62,213 nt of DNA from Alphaproteobacteria bacterium (GTDB taxonomy: Bacteria > Pseudomonadota > Alphaproteobacteria > GCA-002720895), in the NCBI GenBank assembly GCA_022450705.1, contig JAKUPP010000002.1, positions 1 to 62,213 on the forward strand. Reading direction: 5' to 3'. The first letter of the stretch is position 1, and the number at the start of each line of letters is the position of its first letter. Below the pieces are notes generated by a model. That model saw only the letters and a program-made list of their open reading frames with translations, had not been told where the DNA came from and made no database searches. A program made the translations under genes and the position numbers. Below, piece after piece: positions 57,690 to 62,213 of the stretch.

Positions 57690-58856
57690 TTGTTAGATTC
57701 ATTCATAAAAAAAATAAATATTCTTCAAATTACCTTTCTATCTTTTGTTTTAAGATTCTTGAGTCTTATTTTTTATAAAAACCAGAATTTACCAGACACT
57801 TATACTTATGAAAGAATAGGCCAAGAAATATTTTCTGGAAGTATTATACAAACCCCTTTACACATGCCTGGTTATGGGATTTGGATGTATTTATTAAATT
57901 TTGTAACTCAAAATTCTTATGGTGTTATTTTTGGCGATATATTGATTTCCTGTCTTACTGTCTATGTGATTTATTTATTATGTATAGAAATTTTTAAGTC
58001 AGAAATGATAGCAAAAATAGCAGCTATAATTTTTGCAGTTTATCCTTTTTCTATTTTTTATTCATTTAACGCTGTTAGCGAGACCTTATTTATTTTTCTT
58101 TTATATTCATCTATTTTGATGTTCTATAGAAAAAAACTTTTATATGCGTATATCTTAATTATTCTAAGTATTTATGTTAAACCAACTGCTGACATATTTG
58201 CACCATTTTTGATACTGTGTTTTTGTTTTTTAATATACAAATACTCAAAAAAAGAAACATTACGCGAATTATTTATTTTTTATATTTTATATTCTTTATT
58301 ATTGTCTCCGTGGTGGGTTCATAATTGGAATAAATACGATGGTTTTGTTAAACTCAATTTAGCTGGCGGTTATCATTTATATTCTGGAAATAATCCTGAG
58401 AATTTATCTGGAGGAGGTATTGGTGGGGTCGATGTTAATCATGGATGGACTGATGAAGATATTGAAAAAAGAGGTATTAAATTCGAAAAAAAGTTTAAAA
58501 GAGATGCGTTTAATTTTATTAAAGAAAATCCTAAAACTTTTATAAAACTATCAGTTACAAAATTTAAAAGATTTTGGCAGATGTATCCTTATGCCGAGGA
58601 GTACAAAGGAATATCCTATAAAATTTTATCCATTGCTTCTTATGGTTTGGTTTTAATATTTTCATTACTCTTTTTAATATCAAATTTTAAAAAATTTTTT
58701 TTAAGGATTTCTCCTTTAATTACTATTATTTTTTTAACTACAGCAATTCATTGCGTTACGATTGCTTCTGTTAGATATAGATTTCCTATAGAACCAATAT
58801 TAATAATATTTGCTTCATACTATATATTTGAGCGCTTTAAAGTAATAAAGAATTAA
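57690..58856 (+). CDS. GT-C-fold (ArnT/PMT-like) polytopic membrane glycosyltransferase-like protein
   Basis: About 10 TM helices, with an early loop after TM1 and a soluble loop near aa 230-300. TTG start. Assignment rests on topology and composition only. Confidence 0.4.
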   Translation: MLDSFIKKINILQITFLSFVLRFLSLIFYKNQNLPDTYTYERIGQEIFSGSIIQTPLHMPGYGIWMYLLNFVTQNSYGVIFGDILISCLTVYVIYLLCIEIFKSEMIAKIAAIIFAVYPFSIFYSFNAVSETLFIFLLYSSILMFYRKKLLYAYILIILSIYVKPTADIFAPFLILCFCFLIYKYSKKETLRELFIFYILYSLLLSPWWVHNWNKYDGFVKLNLAGGYHLYSGNNPENLSGGGIGGVDVNHGWTDEDIEKRGIKFEKKFKRDAFNFIKENPKTFIKLSVTKFKRFWQMYPYAEEYKGISYKILSIASYGLVLIFSLLFLISNFKKFFLRISPLITIIFLTTAIHCVTIASVRYRFPIEPILIIFASYYIFERFKVIKN

Positions 58857-59602
58857 TATTTTATAGAATGTAGAAACAAGCCCCAAGGTGGAGCTGTTTG
58901 TCCAGCGACCCCTCTTTTTTTAGCTTTTAAAATATTTTCAATATCTTTTGCGCTCCATTTTTCTTTTCCAACCATTGCTAAACTACCTACGATAATTCTA
59001 CATTGATTCATTAAAAAGGATTTTGCTTTAATCCATATTTCAAGTTCTGATGATTTTCTGACTATTTTTATAGAGTTTATAGTTTTTATAGGAGACTTTG
59101 CTTGACATTCAGTCGAGCGAAAACTTGTAAAATCATGTTTGCCTATTAAAACTTTTGCGGCTTTTTTCATTAATTTATTATCTAACTTTTTTTTAACATG
59201 CCAGACTCTTTTATTTTGAATTGCAGGAGCCGGTCGCCTATCAAGTATTTTATATAAATAAGTTCTTTCTTTAGCATCAAATCTAGCATTAAAATTTTTT
59301 TTAGTTTTTTGACATTTTAAAACAGAGACATTGTATTTTTTATATAGATTTTTTATGTGAAAATTTAACCCGTCTCTTATTGCATCTGTTTTTATTTTTT
59401 TATGTAGATCAAAATGCCCTACTTGATTTAAAGCGTGCACACCAGCGTCAGTTCGACCAGATCCTTGGATTGTTTCTTTTTCACCTGATAATTTGTAAAG
59501 TGAATTTTCCAAGATTTCTTGTATAGAGAGACCATTTTTTTGTTTTTGCCAACCTACTAAGTTCGTTCCATCATACTCAATATTTATTTTATATCGCGTC
59601 AT
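58853..59602 (-). CDS. truA: tRNA pseudouridine(38-40) synthase
   Basis: Catalytic-Asp motif GSGRTDAGVHA. 249 aa. Confidence 0.93.
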   Translation of the reverse strand: MTRYKINIEYDGTNLVGWQKQKNGLSIQEILENSLYKLSGEKETIQGSGRTDAGVHALNQVGHFDLHKKIKTDAIRDGLNFHIKNLYKKYNVSVLKCQKTKKNFNARFDAKERTYLYKILDRRPAPAIQNKRVWHVKKKLDNKLMKKAAKVLIGKHDFTSFRSTECQAKSPIKTINSIKIVRKSSELEIWIKAKSFLMNQCRIIVGSLAMVGKEKWSAKDIENILKAKKRGVAGQTAPPWGLFLHSIKY

Positions 59603-59604
59603 TT

Positions 59605-60519
59605 TTATTCAACTTTTTGGTTTATTTCAAAACGAAAACCTCTTAAGAATGTATGAATATCCATTTTAGTCCCACCTGATTTTTGTAAAATTGTAGGCTT
59701 AATTATATCTCCATTACCACAAGAAATTGAAAAGTTCTTATCTACAATTAAACCAGGAGATTTATTTTTTGTTGAAGAAATATCCGCATCAAAAATTTTT
59801 ATTCTTTGTTTGTTTATTATTAACCACCCACCAAATGCCTTTATTTGTCTTAATATTTCTTTTGCGCTTTTATTCCAATTAATTTTTGTTTCTTCTGTTG
59901 TAATTTTTTGTGCATAGGTCACTTTTTTTTCATCTTGGGGCGTTAATTTTATTTGTTCTCCTTTTTCTATTTTCTTTAATACATCATTGATTAATTTTCC
60001 TCCTATATTAGCTAACTTGTCATGAATTTCTTGAGCAGTATTATTTTCTTTTATTTCTATTTCTTTTTGTAAAATAATTTCTCCCGCATCTAATTTTTCG
60101 TTCATTTGCATTATTGTAATGCCAGTTTTTTTTTCGCCAGCTAAAATAGCTCGTTGAATAGGAGCAGCTCCTCTGTATCTTGGAAGTAGAGATGCATGAA
60201 TATTTAATGCTCCAAATCTAGGTATTTTTAAGATATCTTTTGACAATATTATTCCATAGGCTGCTACAACTAAAACATCACAATTTATTTTTTTTAATCG
60301 ATCAATCTCACTTCCCTCTTTAAAATTTTCTGGAGTAAAAACTGGAATATTATTTTGTATACAAAAATTTTTAACTGGGGAATGAGATATTTTTTGCCCT
60401 CTCCCAGATGGTCTAGACGGTTGAGTATAGCAACCAATTAAATTAAAATTTTTATAAATGGTTTTTAACCCAGATAGAGCAAATTCAGGAGTGCCCATAA
60501 AGACAACTTTTAATTTCAT
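59605..60519 (-). CDS. fmt: Methionyl-tRNA formyltransferase
   Basis: HASLLPRYRGAAPIQ formyltransferase motif. 304 aa. Confidence 0.95.
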   Translation of the reverse strand: MKLKVVFMGTPEFALSGLKTIYKNFNLIGCYTQPSRPSGRGQKISHSPVKNFCIQNNIPVFTPENFKEGSEIDRLKKINCDVLVVAAYGIILSKDILKIPRFGALNIHASLLPRYRGAAPIQRAILAGEKKTGITIMQMNEKLDAGEIILQKEIEIKENNTAQEIHDKLANIGGKLINDVLKKIEKGEQIKLTPQDEKKVTYAQKITTEETKINWNKSAKEILRQIKAFGGWLIINKQRIKIFDADISSTKNKSPGLIVDKNFSISCGNGDIIKPTILQKSGGTKMDIHTFLRGFRFEINQKVE

Positions 60520-60521
60520 AT

Positions 60522-61079
60522 TTAAGTCGTTTGTTTTTTTTCCATTAATTGTTTTTTAATTTTGCGTAAGATCATATCCTTTTTAGTTTTAGATAAACGA
60601 TCTATAAATAATATGCCTTGAATATGATCGTTTTCATGTTGTATACACCTTGCTAAAAGCCCTTCAGCACGTAGTTCTTTTGATTCGCCATTTTTATCTA
60701 AATACTTTACTTTGCAGGAAGACGGTCTTGTTATATTTGCCATAAAACCAGGAATAGATAAACATCCTTCTTGGTCTGTATCTTTTTTCTCAGAAACCCA
60801 AGTTATTTCCGGATTAATCATTTGAATAGGATTTGGTTTGATTTCTTCTTCTTTCTCATCTTTTTCTACTTGATAACGCTTTAAACCAGCTCTTGGAGAT
60901 ACATCCATAACAATCAATCTTTTACTTATTCCAATTTGTGGTGCTGCCAAGCCAATCCCAGGCGCTTTGTACATCGTACTAAGCATATCATCTAAAAGCT
61001 TTCTAATCTCATCATTAACTTCTGTGACTGGTTCACATTTTTTTTTTAATATAGGATTTGGTAATGTTATAATTTTCAT
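60522..61079 (-). CDS. def: Peptide deformylase
   Basis: Three PDF motifs GIGLAAPQ, EGCLS and HENDH. Contains an acidic insertion (EKDEKEEEIK). Confidence 0.95.
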   Translation of the reverse strand: MKIITLPNPILKKKCEPVTEVNDEIRKLLDDMLSTMYKAPGIGLAAPQIGISKRLIVMDVSPRAGLKRYQVEKDEKEEEIKPNPIQMINPEITWVSEKKDTDQEGCLSIPGFMANITRPSSCKVKYLDKNGESKELRAEGLLARCIQHENDHIQGILFIDRLSKTKKDMILRKIKKQLMEKKQTT

Positions 61080-61116
61080 ATTGCAAATAAATATTATTTA
61101 GTTCGTTTTATAATAT

Positions 61117-61734
61117 ATGTTGTTGTTAAGACTTTTTCTAATATTATTTATTTTAACTTCATTTGCTTCACTACAAAGCTGTGTATCTACTCCTTCACAT
61201 GCAGCTAATGCTTGCGAAGTATTTTCTCAAAAGTATTTTTGGTTTAAAGCAGCAAAAAAGAGTTCAAAAAAATGGAAAGTTCCAATTGCAACTTTAATGA
61301 GCATTATAAACCAAGAAAGCGCTTATAAACAATATGCCAAGCCTCCAAGAAAAAAACTATTTGGTTTTATACCTTTGTTAAAACGAGAGTCCAGTTCATT
61401 AGGATATTCACAAGCTACAAAAGGAACATGGGAACAATATAAAAAAGAAACTGGAAAAAGATTTGTTACACGTATAAGTTTTAAAAATTCTGTCGATTTT
61501 GTTGGCTGGTATATTTCTACAGCTAATAAAGAATTAGGTATATCAAAAAAAGACACTTACAGTATTTACCTAGCCTATCACGAGGGTATTAATGGCTATA
61601 GAAAAAAAACATATAAGAAAAAAATTCAACTTTTAAAAACTGCAAGTAAAGTAGAAAAACGAGCCCAAACCTATAATAACCAACTTTCTAAATGTATGAG
61701 CAAATTAGATAGAAATAAATATATACTTTTCTAA
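61117..61734 (+). CDS. Lipoprotein with lytic transglycosylase (SLT-like) domain
   Basis: Lipobox SLQSC, catalytic-Glu context MSIINQESAY, GYSQATKGTW block. Confidence 0.6.
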   Translation: MLLLRLFLILFILTSFASLQSCVSTPSHAANACEVFSQKYFWFKAAKKSSKKWKVPIATLMSIINQESAYKQYAKPPRKKLFGFIPLLKRESSSLGYSQATKGTWEQYKKETGKRFVTRISFKNSVDFVGWYISTANKELGISKKDTYSIYLAYHEGINGYRKKTYKKKIQLLKTASKVEKRAQTYNNQLSKCMSKLDRNKYILF

Positions 61735-61737
61735 TTT

Positions 61738-61872
61738 TTAAATATCATCTATTTCTTCAGGTTTGAGTTTTTTTCTTACATATTTCTTTTTAGATTGAAT
61801 AACCTTTGGTCTAAATGTAGGAGTTCTTAAAGCTTTTGCTGAAGGATTTTTTATAACTTTTCTTTTTTTCAT
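61738..61872 (-). CDS. 44-aa basic micro-protein, ArfA-like (alternative ribosome-rescue factor A family candidate), not in ORF track
   Basis: My translation: MKKRKVIKNPSAKALRTPTFRPKVIQSKKKYVRKKLKPEEIDDI. It resembles the E. coli ArfA core [32 protein letters not shown]. Its start overlaps the dapE stop (ATGA). Confidence 0.35.
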   Translation of the reverse strand: MKKRKVIKNPSAKALRTPTFRPKVIQSKKKYVRKKLKPEEIDDI

Positions 61873-62213
61873 TTAAAATATTCTTCTAAAATTAACTTAT
61901 AAATTTTAGTTAAATTTTTTAAATCTTTTAACGAGACTTTTTCAGAATTAGTATGCATTGTTTTTCCAACTAAACCAAATTCAACTACATTAATTCCTTC
62001 TGCATTAATAAATCTTGCATCAGATGTACCACCATCAGTTGCATATTTTGGATTTTTTTTTGTTATTTTTTTGACACATCTTTTAATAAGTTCAGAAAAT
62101 TTTCCAGGTTTTGTTAAAAAAGCGTTTCCAGAAACATAAAGATTCAATTTATATTTAAAACCGATTTTATTAAATTCTTTTTTTATCCATCTCGTTAATG
62201 ATTTGGTTGTATG
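61869..62213 (-). CDS. dapE: Succinyl-diaminopimelate desuccinylase, C-terminal part (5' end beyond window)
   Basis: Frame is open to the window edge upstream of the listed TTG. M20 peptidase C-terminus DGGTSDARFI...VEFGLVGKTMH. Confidence 0.85.
   Translation of the reverse strand, partial: HTTKSLTRWIKKEFNKIGFKYKLNLYVSGNAFLTKPGKFSELIKRCVKKITKKNPKYATDGGTSDARFINAEGINVVEFGLVGKTMHTNSEKVSLKDLKNLTKIYKLILEEYFK

Noticed and set aside
1-62213. Window-wide scan for CRISPR arrays, IS elements, prophage or toxin-antitoxin/defence modules
   Set aside because: I noticed no repeat-spacer periodicity, transposase, integrase, phage structural genes, or paired small toxin-antitoxin ORFs by eye. Almost every base is accounted for by the conserved genes listed. 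A computational repeat search would be needed to be certain.

Overview
Very AT-rich, extremely gene-dense chromosomal segment. Intergenic DNA is mostly 0-100 nt, with many 4-34 nt gene overlaps. The gene order is alphaproteobacterial: gltD before gltB, thrS-infC-rpmI-rplT-pheST, ffs-dnaX-ybaB-recR, truA-fmt-def. Composition, compaction and synteny suggest a streamlined Pelagibacterales (SAR11)-like genome; this is inference, no search was run. I support about 62 protein genes (two cut by the window edges, two are micro-ORFs missing from the ORF track), two convergent tRNAs and a small SRP RNA. I saw no rRNA, CRISPR, transposase, integrase, phage or obvious defence genes. Most of the window is housekeeping: amino-acid biosynthesis (tyrC, lysA, argH, gltDB, pheA, dapE, hisN-like), translation, replication/repair, ETF, and a yejABEF-type peptide ABC importer. 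Four parts merit a second look. (1) An 8-gene envelope glycan/phosphoglycan locus (23.3-31.5 kb). It contains a polytopic GT-C-like membrane domain fused to a uridine-kinase/PRK-family kinase, a tandemly duplicated nucleotidyltransferase, a GDPD-like phosphodiesterase, and a class II aldolase-like gene with no canonical start codon. (2) The signature ethylmalonyl-CoA pathway triad mcd-ccr/ecm, with a PduO-type adenosyltransferase and etfBA nearby, which implies cobalamin dependence. (3) A five-gene lipid-modification cluster (FAD oxidoreductase, DUF1365, CFA-synthase-like, SDR, DUF2177) resembling the singlet-oxygen/furan-fatty-acid operon of Rhodobacter. (4) Two unannotated micro-genes (LptM/LppL-like lipoprotein, ArfA-like peptide) translationally coupled to neighbouring genes, plus a tRNA-Glu with a CUC anticodon.
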